Source: Candidatus Bathyarchaeota archaeon
GTDB lineage: Archaea; Thermoproteota; Bathyarchaeia; 40CM-2-53-6
Assembly: GCA_963780265.1 (NCBI GenBank)
Contig: CAWABQ010000010.1
Span: 32,288-96,287, forward strand
Direction: 5' to 3'
DNA length: 64,000 nucleotides
The position numbers and the translations under genes were made by a program. Below the pieces are notes generated by a model. The model was not told the origin of the DNA and did not search any database. It saw nothing but the letters and a program-made list of their open reading frames with translations. Position 1 is the first letter of the stretch. Each line of letters starts with the position of its first letter. Shown piece after piece: positions 38,846-50,733 of the stretch.

Positions 38846-39676
38846 TCATTTCGACTTACGCTTCCGTTTCGCGAGCAAATCGGTCATATCTGGGAGTTTA
38901 TCCGACCATTCAAAAGGTGGGTCGTGATGTTCAGCCCATCTCTTAACATAGTGTCGCCAAGGCCACCAATAACCTGAACCTGACCGAATTCTGCCCCAAA
39001 TCTCAAACATCATGTCAAAGTCGAGGGTGTAAGCCGTCATAGTTGACCAGTTCAGAATACAACGCTTACTCGTCATACGCTTGGAAACTAAGGGCAAGTA
39101 GAAAAACCGTGACTGAACATGTTTTAACCGAGGGTCAAGAGGTCTCTTAACGGCAGGCCCAATAGCTAAGAGGTCGTCTCGTCCCGGAGATTTCGATACA
39201 AATTTGTAACCGCGTTTTTCAGCCCATTTCTTGGGATAGTCAGGATCATTCGGGGCTTCGTCTAATTCCCTATAACAGAGTTCAGGATGCCTTTCGACGA
39301 GTCTCCATGAGTATGAATTAGGAGCCATAGGATAGGCAACATACGGACTTCGCTTACCGTTAACGATAACACTATGGCGATAGCCTCCTTTGTGGTGTTC
39401 CGAAGGCGAATTCAATTCAGGTGGAGCGTTTAGCGGGAAGAATAGATAGGCGGCTAATCCCGCAATAGAAGTTTGTCGAATGCTCAACCCTATTGAGATA
39501 CCAAGAACCGTTACAAAGGCTAAGGCAAGCGAAAGTACACTCAAGGGATTCCAAAACGGAAGCAATTGAGCCACACCTGTTGAAGCTAATGAAAACACGA
39601 AGGAATACACCGCCCATAGAACCCACGTAAAGAAGCTGTCCCACAGCTTTCCTCTAATGTCATAATCAAAAACCAA
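38846..39676 (-). CDS. Hypothetical protein with N-terminal TM helices
   Basis: 276-aa ORF, hydrophobic first 80 aa. Confidence 0.6.
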   Translation of the reverse strand: MVFDYDIRGKLWDSFFTWVLWAVYSFVFSLASTGVAQLLPFWNPLSVLSLALAFVTVLGISIGLSIRQTSIAGLAAYLFFPLNAPPELNSPSEHHKGGYRHSVIVNGKRSPYVAYPMAPNSYSWRLVERHPELCYRELDEAPNDPDYPKKWAEKRGYKFVSKSPGRDDLLAIGPAVKRPLDPRLKHVQSRFFYLPLVSKRMTSKRCILNWSTMTAYTLDFDMMFEIWGRIRSGSGYWWPWRHYVKRWAEHHDPPFEWSDKLPDMTDLLAKRKRKSK

Positions 39677-39900
39677 GATTCTTCAACACTCTCTCTCACA
39701 CCTTGTCGAGATATAATGCCTCTGAGCCATGTCCCGCCTTGCAAACCCCTTTCCAGCGGGTTTTTGCCGTGTCCCACGAACGCAAAAGAACCTTCTCAGA
39801 GGTTCTGTTACACCCTAGGGACACGGGAAAAAGTGTTACAAACGGGACATGAGGTGACATGGAACGGGCTTTCTAGGGGTACTGAACGGGAATGGGTAGG

Positions 39901-40060
39901 ATGAACGAACAAGAAGTTTCTCATTTTCATTCTTCTGCTCAGTGTTCTTGGATATTTCGCATCCTCCACGAATGCGGAAAGAAGCGCGACAGCCTTTCTG
40001 ATTTTCAGCATTCTAGTGGCTATTCCTTTCATAGTTCTTACTGGTCAGTTGAACCACTAA
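39901..40060 (+). CDS. Small two-TM protein (element cargo; needs an indel right after the ATG)
   Basis: TNKKFLIFILLLSVLGYFASS...AFLIFSILVAIPFIVLTGQLNH*. Confidence 0.4.
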
Positions 40061-40089
40061 CTTAATCCACTTAGCCCTATTACCCAGAA

Positions 40090-40758
40090 ATGGGCTCTCT
40101 GTCCGGTGTCAATGTTGCGTTGGTAGCGTTCTTCGAGGTTATCACATTTTTCGGCGTCGCGGCATTCTTTGCATGGTTAGAATTTCTGGCTCTTCTTAAT
40201 GATATGGTTTCGCACGTTATTCCTTCTCAGCGGAAACAGGCGAGGCAAATTCTTGTTGGAATTAGTGACTTTTTCTTGATGTCGTTCGTATCATTTGCAA
40301 CCGCCATCATTGCCGATTATCTCTATCATAATGGATTCTACATTGGGTCCTACTTCTTCGGAGCTCTGTACCACTTTCCTTTGGTCTATTTCATGGTCGT
40401 GTGGTTTTTCCCCATCGGAATCGTGGCCTTCTGTATACCGACATTGTATATCCGTGCGATCTTGAGAGGTGAAAGAGCTTTGGTAACGCCTACGCAGAAC
40501 GTGTTTCGTATAATGGGTGCGTTGTTCAATACGGCACTCATGTTTTTCACGGCTTGGTTGGGATACACGCTTATCCCGTTTCTATACAGTAACATTGTGT
40601 GGGCTGCGGCTTTTTCATCAACCATTTTAGGTCTACTGTTAACGGTCAAGAAGATGCGATTTCGAGATATTCTTCTTTTTGCCCCACTTTGGTTGTTTAT
40701 GATGCTACTCATCTCCATAGTAGTGGACCAGTTTTTCTTACGTCTACCTAGACTTTGA
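40090..40758 (+). CDS. Polytopic membrane protein (element cargo)
   Basis: About six hydrophobic segments. Confidence 0.7.
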   Translation: MGSLSGVNVALVAFFEVITFFGVAAFFAWLEFLALLNDMVSHVIPSQRKQARQILVGISDFFLMSFVSFATAIIADYLYHNGFYIGSYFFGALYHFPLVYFMVVWFFPIGIVAFCIPTLYIRAILRGERALVTPTQNVFRIMGALFNTALMFFTAWLGYTLIPFLYSNIVWAAAFSSTILGLLLTVKKMRFRDILLFAPLWLFMMLLISIVVDQFFLRLPRL

Positions 40759-40800
40759 GGTCTTACCGTCTTCTACTTTCTACCTGAAACAATTTCTTGA

Positions 40801-40992
40801 GTAAAGAAATCTGACAGTCCTCTTCTGACTGGGTATCAGATTTACCACAATTATGTTCGTCCACACATGGCACTAGACGGAGTAACACCTGCCGAGAAAG
40901 CGGGAATACAGGTTAAGGGTAGAGACAAGTGGCTAACCTTAATACAAAACGCTACGAGAAAACCGTCGAATCCTAATGTCAGCATCCAGTGA
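40801..40992 (+). pseudogene. C-terminal remnant of a DDE transposase/integrase
   Basis: GYQIYHNYVRPHMALDGVTPAEKAGI...KWLTLIQNA (YN..RPH..L.G.TPA integrase-core tail), preceded by an in-frame stop. Confidence 0.8.
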
Positions 40993-41464
40993 ATGCCCTA
41001 ACTGTAAACACTCTCTCCCTCCACACCACTCAGGTCCATGTCCAAATTGTGGTAGTAATGTAATCCTCAAGAAAGACCAAGAGGCTGGAATAGGGATAGA
41101 TGCGAGCGCTAGCTTAGAGGCGACAACCCGCGACCTTACCGACGAAGAGTTCGAAAGTGTTCTCAGGGACGCGTTGAAGGAACATTTGCAAGAACAACTC
41201 GGAGCCATGAAGATAACCAAGCTGGATGTGGCCACTGGCATTAAGGCCGTGAAACTAAAGGTGTCGAAATTTATTCGTGAACCTGCGAATGCTTCGGTTG
41301 CCACTGCTTATCTTTCTCTCAGGTCACAGGAACAACAGACAGACTTGAACCTCAAACTACAGAGGCTTATTTTGTACGTCGCAATCGGAACCCTCGTTAC
41401 TGGCCTCGTTACTGCGTTCTTATCCGTTATCTCCGTTATCTTGCCATACCTTTACCCACATTAA
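40976..41464 (+). CDS. Zinc-ribbon protein with a C-terminal TM helix (element cargo)
   Basis: CPNC...CPNCG at the N-terminus, hydrophobic tail. Confidence 0.65.
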   Translation: MSASSECPNCKHSLPPHHSGPCPNCGSNVILKKDQEAGIGIDASASLEATTRDLTDEEFESVLRDALKEHLQEQLGAMKITKLDVATGIKAVKLKVSKFIREPANASVATAYLSLRSQEQQTDLNLKLQRLILYVAIGTLVTGLVTAFLSVISVILPYLYPH

Positions 41465-41572
41465 GTCCCGACATGTAACACCAAAAACCAAGTCCCAGAG
41501 ACGTAACAGGGCCTTCTCAGAAATCTTATATATCGGATTTTTTACCTGTAGTAACAAAATTGGTGAAGTGTG

Positions 41573-43217
41573 ATGTCTACACAAGGTGTACCTGTTATAA
41601 TCCTAAAGGAAGGAACTCAACGAACAACGGGCAAGGACGCCCAGCGAAACAACATACTCGCAGCCAAAGTCGTAGCTGACACGGTCAGAACGACACTTGG
41701 GCCACGGCGGAATGGACAAGATGCTCGTCAGCACCATCGGCGACGTCATCATCACAAATGACGGCGCGACAATCATGAAAGAACTTGACATACAGCATCC
41801 TGCGGCTAAAATGCTCGTAGAAGTTGCCAAGACGCAGGACAACGAGGTGGGAGACGGAACCACCACTGTCGTAGTTCTAACCGGCGAATTACTAGAGAAT
41901 GCTGAGAAACTCCTCGACAAGGACATACACCCCACCGTCGTGGTCGAGGGCTACAAGAAGGCGTCAGAGAAGGCTAGAGAAATACTCGACGGCCTCAGCG
42001 AAAAGATCGACACGAACGATGCGGAAACCCTCAGAAGGATCGCAATGACCGCCATGGGCACCAAGGGTGTGACCGGCGCCAAAGATTACCTGGCGAAGAT
42101 AGCTGTGGATGCGGCCCTCCAAGTCAAAGAAACTAGAGACGGTAAGACGAGGGTTGACGTCGACCTTGTCAAGGTATTGAAGAAACACGGCAAGAGCCTC
42201 GAAGAAACAGAACTTGTCCGTGGCATCGTGATCGACAAGGAAGTTGCTCACCCACAGATGCTGAAGCGAACCGAGAACGCAAAGATCGCCCTACTCAACG
42301 CCAAGCTCGAAATCGAGAAGACCGAGTTCGACGCGAAAATCAACATAGACAGCCCGGACCAAATGAAGCTCTTCCTTGACGAAGAAGAACGCATGCTGAA
42401 GGAAATGGTTGACAACGTCGCTAGGAGTGGCGCCAACTTCGTATTCTGCGAGAAATCCATCGACGATGTAGCGCTACATTTCCTCGCCAAGAAGGGAGTC
42501 GCGGCGATAAAGAACGTGAGCAGTGGGGACATGGAGAAACTTTCCAAGGCCACTCGCGCCAAAATCGTAGCAACCGTCAAAGACCTAGCAAAAGAATCCC
42601 TCGGTGAGGCAAAACTCGTCGAAGAAGTGAAGATCGGAGACGACAAACTGACCTACGTCAGGGACGCCAAGAACCCGATGGCGGTGACAGTCGTAGTTCG
42701 AGGAGGAGCTGAACATGTTGTGGATGAGGCTGAACGGTCTCTGCACGATGCCTTATGCGTCGTTAGGGACGCAATTGAGGATGGCAAGATTGTTGCTGGT
42801 GGAGGCGCAGCCGAAGCGGAGACAGCAAAGCAACTACGCGAGTACGCCGTCAAGGTCGGTGGTCGTGAGCAGCTGGCTATCGAGGCCTTCGCAGACTCCA
42901 TCGAAAGCGTACCCTTAGCCCTAGCCGAAAACGCCGGCCTAGACCCCATCGACATCATGGTCGAATTACGGTCCAAGCATGAGAACCCGGAAAACCGCTG
43001 GTACGGCGTCGATGTCTTCTCCGGTGAAGTTAGAGACATGCGCAGCTTGAACGTCATAGAGCCGCTCCGCGTGAAACTCCAAGTTGTCAAATCCGCCACT
43101 GAATGCGCTTCAATGATCCTTCGCATTGACGATGTCGTGGCTTCCAAGGGAGGCGGGCCACCCATGCCCCCAGGTGGAGGCATGCCCGGTGGAATGCCAG
43201 GCGGAGACGACTACTAA
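41573..43217 (+). CDS. Thermosome subunit, second paralog (indel near 41706)
   Basis: TLGP[RG]MDKML, GDGTTT, GGM tail; TATA-like CTTATATA at 41525. Confidence 0.96.
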
Positions 43218-43228
43218 AACGGCCTTCA

Positions 43229-43257
43229 CTCTTCCTTTTTTCTTCCGCTTCTTTTCG
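43229..43257 (+). terminator. Pyrimidine/T-rich archaeal terminator
   Basis: CTCTTCCTTTTTTCTTCCGCTTCTTTTCG directly after the thermosome stop. Confidence 0.55.
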
Positions 43258-43324
43258 TTAGAACCTAAGTAGGACGAACACAACTCTTTCCTTTCCCTGT
43301 TTGGGGAAAGGCCACTTGTCCCAA

Positions 43325-44437
43325 ATGCCGGAACCGGTGATAATCGTAGCTTCAGCCGAGTTCACGCTGAAGAGCTCCCCAGTCAGACGCACTTTGGAGC
43401 AACGGCTAATTGATGACCTGAGGTTCGCGCTTACCCGCGCTGGTTTCAGTGGTTTCCGGGTTGAGAAACACGCCGCCAGGCTAGTGGTACACGGCCTCAA
43501 AGATGCCAGAGAAGCGAAGCTTGGCGCTCAGTCCTGCAGAGGAGTCTTCGGCGTAGCTTACGCGGTACCCGCGAACCTGCTGCCAGCCTCTATGGAAGCT
43601 GTAGTGCAATCCATTGTGAACCTCGCGAACGAGCAACTGCGATCAGGCCAATCGTTTGCAATTCGTGCTCACCGTTCAACGTCAGGTTCTTTGTCTCGGC
43701 GTGATGTTGAGCTCAAGGGTGGCTCTGAAGTTCTCCATGCCTTGAAGGACAGAGGTGTCACAGTCGACCTTGGGGCTCCCGATGTTACGATTCATGTTGA
43801 CCTGGTAGACGAAGATGCCTACGTTTATGGTGAGAGATTGCAGGGCCCTGGCGGGCTGCCTCTGTCTTCTCAATGGAAAATGCTGGCGGTGCTGGATTCG
43901 GGGCCCCTCACGCTTCTCGCAGCCTATGCAATGATGAGAAGAGGATGCCTAGTGGAATTATTCATTCCACTATCCAACATCAGCTCGGCTTTCGCGACGG
44001 AGAATCAACTGAATCTCGCCCGAAACCTACGGCGGTTAATAACTCGTCCAAGCTACAAAGTCTACACTGTCGACTACGAACGGCTCATAGGAGAGAAGGT
44101 CAAAGACCAACCCAACCCTTCAACCACCTCGAAGCTCTTGGTGAGGTTGGCGGCCGCCAAGTTTGCCAAAGAAAAGAGGTTCAAGGGAATAATTTTCGCA
44201 GATGTTGCCGGCGAAATTGCCTTAGCCGAGGCGCTCAGGGCCGTAGCCCCAGAGGTTGCGGTTTTCACGCCGCTAATAGGGTTGACGAGAGATGACCTGT
44301 CGGAGATGGCTAGGGTGGTAGGTGTCGTCGGGACAGAGTCGTTACCTCAGGAGGGTTTCCAACATGAGATAGAGCTCTCGACGGTGGAGGTATCAAAGCA
44401 TCTTGACCAGGTTGAGGTGGAGCAACTATCTCTCTAG
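43325..44437 (+). CDS. THUMP-domain ThiI homolog with a degenerate PP-loop
   Basis: EFTLKS, FAIRAHR, GPGGLP and AAYAMMRRG are present; SGGxDS is absent. Confidence 0.8.
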   Translation: MPEPVIIVASAEFTLKSSPVRRTLEQRLIDDLRFALTRAGFSGFRVEKHAARLVVHGLKDAREAKLGAQSCRGVFGVAYAVPANLLPASMEAVVQSIVNLANEQLRSGQSFAIRAHRSTSGSLSRRDVELKGGSEVLHALKDRGVTVDLGAPDVTIHVDLVDEDAYVYGERLQGPGGLPLSSQWKMLAVLDSGPLTLLAAYAMMRRGCLVELFIPLSNISSAFATENQLNLARNLRRLITRPSYKVYTVDYERLIGEKVKDQPNPSTTSKLLVRLAAAKFAKEKRFKGIIFADVAGEIALAEALRAVAPEVAVFTPLIGLTRDDLSEMARVVGVVGTESLPQEGFQHEIELSTVEVSKHLDQVEVEQLSL

Positions 44438-45643
44438 GAATGGCTCGCCAAAGCTTCAACGATATCGCAGGCCGTTGCAACTGCGTCCATTGATGCGGTT
44501 TCCTTGCTAATTCGCGCGGCGTTCGTCAGGTATTCGGGATTCCAGAACTCTTTCGACTTTAGACTTGAGAGTGTCATGGTTCAACATGTTTTGGTCAATC
44601 ATTTCGGCTACATGAAGGGACGTTGCGCGGAATGCGTTGCCGTATTGCTCTGTATGATCAGGGATTGGCACAAGTACCATGGGCTTCCCATAGACGAGGG
44701 ATTTCATGATCGTTCCGTGGCCCGCCCTGGCGACGACCAAGTCGCTGGCCTTGATGAAATCCTCCTGATTCTCAATCCAATCGTAAACCCTCACCCCGCC
44801 CACGGAATGCATTGCTCTTTCTCCTTCAGGATTGCCTCGGGAGAGTGCGATTTGATAATTCTTCGAGAACCCTTGGAAAGCGTCAAGGAGTTTTCGAGCT
44901 AATATTTCGCGTTCAACCTTCGGCCCGCTGACAGCAGCGTAGATGAAGGGTAGTTTAGTTTCAAGGCCTATTTCGCGCCGAATATGCTCGCTCGACTTGC
45001 TGTGGTGCTCCTCAACAATGGGGCCGATGAACTTCACCTTTTCTTGGTAGCGTCTGGGAATCGCGAGGTTTCCCAGCGAAATCGTGTATGGCGGCGGTAA
45101 GTCAGGGATGAGTATGACCTGGCTTCGCCCCCACACCAGTTGGATGGCTGTTCGAACGAAAAGCCATCCTACGTTGGCGATGAAGAAGAATAGCCGGTCG
45201 TGCAGTGTCAACGAGCGGCCTGATGGGCGTCTGATTATTTCAACTCGGAACTGGTTGAGCATTAGGGCGGCTGGAATTCTAAGCAGCCAGGCTGCTACAA
45301 GTGAAGAGGCCCGAGAGTCCGATAGAACAGCGTCCGGCCTGAACTGCTTCAAGAATTGAATTTCGCGGACTACTTGCTGGAGGAATGTTCTGATGCCCAG
45401 CGAAAAGCCGCTAGTGGCGGCCGTCTTTTTGAAATCTATTGCACCGTCGTTTGTTACTTTGAAGTTGATTGGCACGGCCTCATAGGTCGGCAAGAGGTTG
45501 CGTCTCGCATAATTGAGTCCGTCAAGGTAGGTGGAAAATACGGTTTCGACTTCCCGGCGTTTCAACTCATTAGCGATTGGGTGAACTCGTGTTATGTGGC
45601 CTAACCCTATACCGCAAGGCGCCAAGTAAACACGCAATCTCAT
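44434..45643 (-). CDS. GT28/MurG-like glycosyltransferase (indel near 44540)
   Basis: GIGLGHITR, VARAGHGT, PIPDHTEQYGNA. Confidence 0.85.
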
Positions 45644-46292
45644 CTTCACCGACGCTCTTTCTCCTAACCTCGCCAGCAGGCTTCACTTCCTCGAAAATCT
45701 CTCCCTCAAAGATTTTGACTTCAACCCCGTCAAGAAGCCACGAGTCGGGAGGCAGCCCTGCTTTCAGGCAACAATTCATCAGAAACTCCGATGAGTCCCA
45801 TTTCCACTCAGTCGCCACTTGCGGCAGGAGCAGGCCTGAATTGCCTCCACGGGCGACGATGAGGCCATGCCGGCCGACTTGAATTAGCTCTGGAAGCGAT
45901 TTCCGATCATGTACTTTCAAGGCCTGCGGTTCAGTGAGGGCGGTGAGTTCCACAACAATAGAGCCCTCGAATTCTTCCAAGGAGATTGGGGGAAATCTTG
46001 GGTCGTCTGTAGCCGCATAGATTGCGGCCTTGATGGTAGCGTTCAGTAGGGGTTCTTCCGGGTATGGAAACCCGATGCAGCCTCGCAATTCGTTGGCGGG
46101 TTTCGTAGCGTTTAGCGTTATGAAAACGCCGGATTTCCTAAGCAGCCTTTCAGGCGCGTCTTGGGGCGGTTTGATTATCTCATTGCTTTTTAGGTACCTG
46201 GTGGTGGCCAAGCGTGCGATTTGTACTAGCGTTTTACCTTCTTCAAGGGTGAGCCTGTTCTGTGCTAGCTGTGCTGTTTCTCTTCGCGTCAA
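45570..46292 (-). CDS. AMMECR1-family protein
   Basis: GVFITL, LRGCIG, AATDDPRF, GLLLPQVA, CLKAGL. Confidence 0.92.
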   Translation of the reverse strand: MTRRETAQLAQNRLTLEEGKTLVQIARLATTRYLKSNEIIKPPQDAPERLLRKSGVFITLNATKPANELRGCIGFPYPEEPLLNATIKAAIYAATDDPRFPPISLEEFEGSIVVELTALTEPQALKVHDRKSLPELIQVGRHGLIVARGGNSGLLLPQVATEWKWDSSEFLMNCCLKAGLPPDSWLLDGVEVKIFEGEIFEEVKPAGEVRRKSVGEDEIACLLGALRYRVRPHNTSSPNR

Positions 46293-46762
46293 GAATTTTC
46301 CTCGCGCTTTCCAGTGTTTGTTCTATCTTTTTCCAGTGGCTTCCTTGCCAGTACACTTTGGCGCACTTGGGATTGGTGCAAAGCCAAAAACTCTGGTATA
46401 CTTTAAACGTTGTTGGAGGAACCGAGGCTTCCACTTCATCCTTTGAAGCTTCTCTTATCGGAAACCCGCACAACGGGCATTTTGAAATTGCCGTGTCGAT
46501 TTCGAGCCTAAGGTTATAGTGTTCTGCGAGGCTTGCCAATCGCTCTGGCTCTGTGCGTCCCTGCACTAGCGAGGTCTGGATGCCCTTCATGGCTGCGGTC
46601 CTGTAGAGTTCTTCGATCCGAAGTCAGCAGGATGAGGGAATCACGTTTGGCGATTGAAAGCAGGTCTCGGTCGGAACTGTCGTTCAGGTAGACCGATTCG
46701 TACCCGAGCATCCGAAGCCACCTCGCCAACTTTCCCAGCATTCCATCTAGGAGGAAGCGCAT
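46243..46762 (-). CDS. Mut7-C RNase (PIN-like) domain protein (indel near 46614)
   Basis: [35 protein letters not shown]. Confidence 0.9.
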
Positions 46763-48089
46763 GCCCTATCGCTCTTGGTGACTCTTCCCACAGCAGGTCC
46801 CACGATCCTTCCCCTCTCAGCAACCAATGTCCCATTCACAATCGTGTAAGCCGCCATTCCAACGCATCGGTATCCCTTGAACGGCGAGTATTTCGCCTTA
46901 CTCTGAAAGCTCTCTGGTGTAATTCGTGTCTTGGCCTTCGGGTCAACGAGCACGATATCTGCATCGTAACCTTCCTTGAGTTCGCCCTTTCTTGACAAGC
47001 GAAAGAGTCTAGCCGGAAGCGTGGCCGTAGCGTCGACGAGCCTTCGCAACGAGAGTTTTCCCAGTGAGACCTGCGTGAACATTACTGGGAGGGATGTTTC
47101 CAGGCCAGGTACTCCTGAGGCTGCGTCCCAGGCGTTATCCTTCGTCTTCTCTTCCAGCGTGTGCGGGGCGTGGTCACTAGCGAGTATGTCCACCTGCCCT
47201 TTCGCGAACAACTTCCATAGGCCATTCCTGTTTGCTTCGCTTCTAATCGGGGGGACACAAATCGCTAGAGTCTTCTGCTTTCGGAAGACTGTTTGATTTA
47301 GGAGTAGGTGGTGGGCGGAGGCTTCGCATGTTGCGTTCGGTGCCTTTCGGACGAGGTTCACGGCTTCCGGAACGGTGATGTGGCAGATATGAAGTCGCAG
47401 TCCCAGCTTGCTGCCGAGGCCTAGAATCTTGCGGACTGCATATACTTCGATTTCTGGTGCATGTGCTCTGAGAAAGTCTCGGATAGATGTCTTCCCTCGG
47501 CGCTAGGCTCTCCTGCTGAGACTTCCTGATGCGGTCTCCGTCTTCTGCGTGGACGGTGACGATAGCCTCAGCCTGTTTCGCAGCTTGAAGCGCATTCATC
47601 AAATCGGTTTGGTCGCTCGAGTCAAACGTTACGAGTGCCTTGTTTAGGTATAATTTGAAAGCGATTGCGCCCTGCTCAACCATTCCTTTCATTTCGTTCG
47701 GGTCTTCAACTAGCGATCCCTGAAAGGCCACGTTTGAGTACAGCCTGCCCTTCCGCCTTTGCCATCTTATCAGCCAAATTGGGGCTGCTGACTGTCGGGG
47801 GGCGGGAATTCGGCATATCGAATACAGTAGTGAATCCGCCGACTGCCGCTGCGCGAGTCCCTGTCTCAAAAGTCTCCTTGTAGGACAAGTCGAAGTCGCG
47901 AAGGTGAACGTGCGCATCGATTAGTCCGGGCAGGGCAATTAGGTGGCTGCCGTCTATTTTCAGAGTCGGCCGTCGAAGTGGGTCGAAGTCTTCGGAATGC
48001 TCTTGATGCGCCATCTTCCAAAAAAATGTGAGCGGTTGTCAACTCGTTGTTGACGAGAATCTGGTAGATTCGATTAGTATTGATGGCAT
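46747..48089 (-). CDS. pyrC: Dihydroorotase/cyclic amidohydrolase (several indels)
   Basis: [42 protein letters not shown] spread over four frames. Confidence 0.8.
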
Positions 48090-48099
48090 GACTAGTTGC

Positions 48100-48720
48100 A
48101 CCGCCTGCTGGATCTTCACTTGGGTCAGGGTTAAGGCCGTTGGTTATCTTCTTCAGGTACTTCGAATCAGCTGCGCAGTCGTCGCATACGAACTGGCCGT
48201 CATGCGAGGTTTCAACTCATCAGCCCACGAGCCACACGTGTCGCAGTATCCTGACAGTGGCGCGGTTTCCTTTATCTCTCTGTACGGGCGCTATCTTTGA
48301 TTTCTCTTGCCATGACGTCGATGAGGGCTGGCGTTATGTCCACGATATCGTTGCTTGTTATGATTCCTTTCACGCTTACCACCTTGAAGAACGACGAGTC
48401 TCCTGATTTTCTGCTCGCGCATTTTTTTGGCAGCGTCAGTTACATTTGTCGACGCTTCGACGGTTACGGGCGGTTTGGTCATGGATTTTCCAGCTTTAAC
48501 TTTGCTAGGCAGTAAATCCAATGCGGCAACTCTTCTTACAATGTCGCGTTCTGTGATGAGGCCCATTGCTTTTCCAGTTTTATCAACAACCACAACGCAT
48601 CCGATTTCTTGTTTCCTCATGAGTTTGGTGGCTGTTAGAACTGAGTCGGTGTCTTTGATGGTGGTTACTGGACTTGACATTACGTCTTCGACTTTGACGT
48701 CGGGAGTGCCCTCGGGACCG
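48100..48720 (-). CDS. CBS-pair protein with a C-terminal zinc ribbon (several indels)
   Basis: VEDVMSSPV, GLITERDIV, IRRLVV; shifted frames give GYCDTCG and VCDDC. Confidence 0.75.
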
Positions 48721-49206
48721 ACATTTGTCTTCAGTTTTGAATCTTTTTTAGGCTTTAAGGATTTTGCGGGAGGTTACGTGTGGGGGTCGGGTGCAGTAGG
48801 GAAGGTATTATCTATCGACTCGGGCTATGTTGCCCGAATTTAGAGTTGGTCCGTGGGATTTAGTTGAGCATGGTAATCAACAAGTTCAAGGAAGCCAAGG
48901 GAGGAATTAAGCCGATCATCGATCGTTTATTGGCTTACGAGTCGCTCTTAGCCGTGGTGGCTGGCGTTGCCAACCATTCTCTGCGCATGAAGTAAGCGAC
49001 ATCGGGGAATTTGCGATTTACATTGGGATCGGATTGGGCATTGTCGTTCTATTTGTTGTCGGTTCTGATTGTGCGTAATGATTTCACTATGGAGAGGTTG
49101 AGCTGAAAGGAAAGAACCGCTACTTAACCCTGGGTGGTGGCACTTTCATAGTTCTGTGGATTATGGTTACAGTTTTATCGAATACCGTCTAGCTGTAGAC
49201 TAGTTT

Positions 49207-49570
49207 CTTATTTCGCTTTTTTGCGTTCAGCTGGTTCAGCGGGGATTTCTGAGCGTTCGAGTTTCCTCAAGAGACCTCCACGAGCTTGAAAGTATCCTCT
49301 ATCATAGTCAGCATGTAGCCCATTCGTGCCGTGGCTGAGCAAACTCTTTCTCATCGTCTTGAGTTTGTAGGCGTCATTTCAATTTTCGACAGGTACAGGT
49401 ATTTGTCGTCAGTTAGATTTCGCGGTCAGCAGTAGCCCTTCAAGGGCTTTCAAGTAGCCTTTAGCCGATTCAGTTGCTCGGAATTATGTTCGTATTGCTG
49501 TCTAGTTCTTTTTCTGCGTCGCGAATTTCTTCTCTGTATGATTGCTTGAAAGAATTTCTCTGCTAGTGTT
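49207..49570 (-). CDS. Hypothetical protein downstream of radA, heavily indel-broken
   Basis: Coding-like fragments FFQAII, KGYLKALEGLLL, DKYLYL and YDRGYFQA in different frames. Confidence 0.45.
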
Positions 49571-49596
49571 GGTGTTTGGGTTTGGGCTGTGGTTTC

Positions 49597-50733
49597 TTAT
49601 CTTCGCCGTTTGACTTCGTCTTCTTCGGTGATATCTTTGACACCTTCCTCAGTTATCTTGAATATGCGTTCCCCTTCGGGTAGGTATGGACTGGAGATGA
49701 GCTTACATATTCTAACTGGGCCACTGGCTGTGCGCCTCAGGAATATCCTGGTATGGGTAGTGTGCGACACTATATGTCCTCCGACTGGTTCCACAGCCAT
49801 TGCGAAGAACTGCGTCAGGCCTTGACATCACTTGATTCGTGACGACTGCGCATGCATTAAAGGCACGGGAAAGCCTAACGAGCCGATGCAGGTGGCTGTT
49901 GAGTTTCTGCTGCCGCTCAGCAAGCATCTCACGGCCAAGATATTCGCTTCGAAAATGGGCTGTCAAGGAGTCAACGATTATCAGCTTCACATTGTTTTCC
50001 TGAATGACCTTATCCGCTTTCTCAAGTACAAGTATCTGATGATCCGAATTAAAGGCTTCTGAGTAGATGATCTTCTTCGCTGTCTCCGTCGGATCTAATC
50101 CAATTGCGCGTTGCCATGCGAACTATCCATTCAGGGCGGAACGTGTTCTCCGTGTCAATATACAGGGCTGCGCCGTTGAGGCCGCCTTTCTCTTCAGGTA
50201 GTTGGACATTGACTGCAAGTTGATGGCATGAGAATGCTCTTGCCGACTCCATATTCTCCGTAGAATTCGGTTATTGTTTGAGTTTCGAGGCCTCCACCTA
50301 ACAGTTCATCAACCTGTTTGCTTGCAGTGGTGAGTCGCCTCACGTTCTGTCTCATCTTAATGAGCTCGTCAGCTCGAATGAAACTAAGGGCGATGCTGTC
50401 CCGGGCTTCCGCAATTACTTTGCCGGCCTGTTTTTCGCCAACCCCGGCTGCGGTTAGTTCCTTAATTGTGGCCGTGGCGAGGGATTCGACTGTGTGGTAA
50501 CCCATTTCTCTGAGTTTTTCAGCTGTCGCGGGGCCGACGCCTGGAATATCTTCTATTAACTCGTACTTCTTCTGTTTCTCAACTTTTGCCTCGGGTTTTT
50601 CTTCCTCTGAGTCTTCCTCTGTTTCTTGAGCTTTCTTCTTCTGCTTCTCAGTTTTTGCCTCGGATTTTTCTTCTTCCTCCGAGTCTTCCTCGGTTTCTTC
50701 AGCTTTCTCTTCCAAGACTTGGGCCGATGCCAA
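49597..50733 (-). CDS. radA: DNA recombinase RadA (indels near 50230, 50095, 49820)
   Basis: [49 protein letters not shown]. Confidence 0.95.
50567..50707 (-). repeat. About 70-bp tandem duplication encoding an acidic N-terminal extension of RadA
   Basis: [24 protein letters not shown] / [23 protein letters not shown]. Confidence 0.8.

Larger units (their letters stand above)
39801..41513. mobile_element. Non-autonomous IS6-like element with passenger genes
   Basis: Ends GGTTCTGTTAC... and ...GTAACAGGGCC, flanked by an 8-bp direct repeat TTCTCAGA (39793-39800 and 41514-41521); contains a transposase 3' stub. Confidence 0.8.

Noticed and set aside
38109..39720. Possible second IS bounded by GGCACTGTC (38109) and ATATAATGCC (39720)
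   Set aside because: The ends share little beyond GGCA, there is no target-site duplication and no transposase remnant inside.
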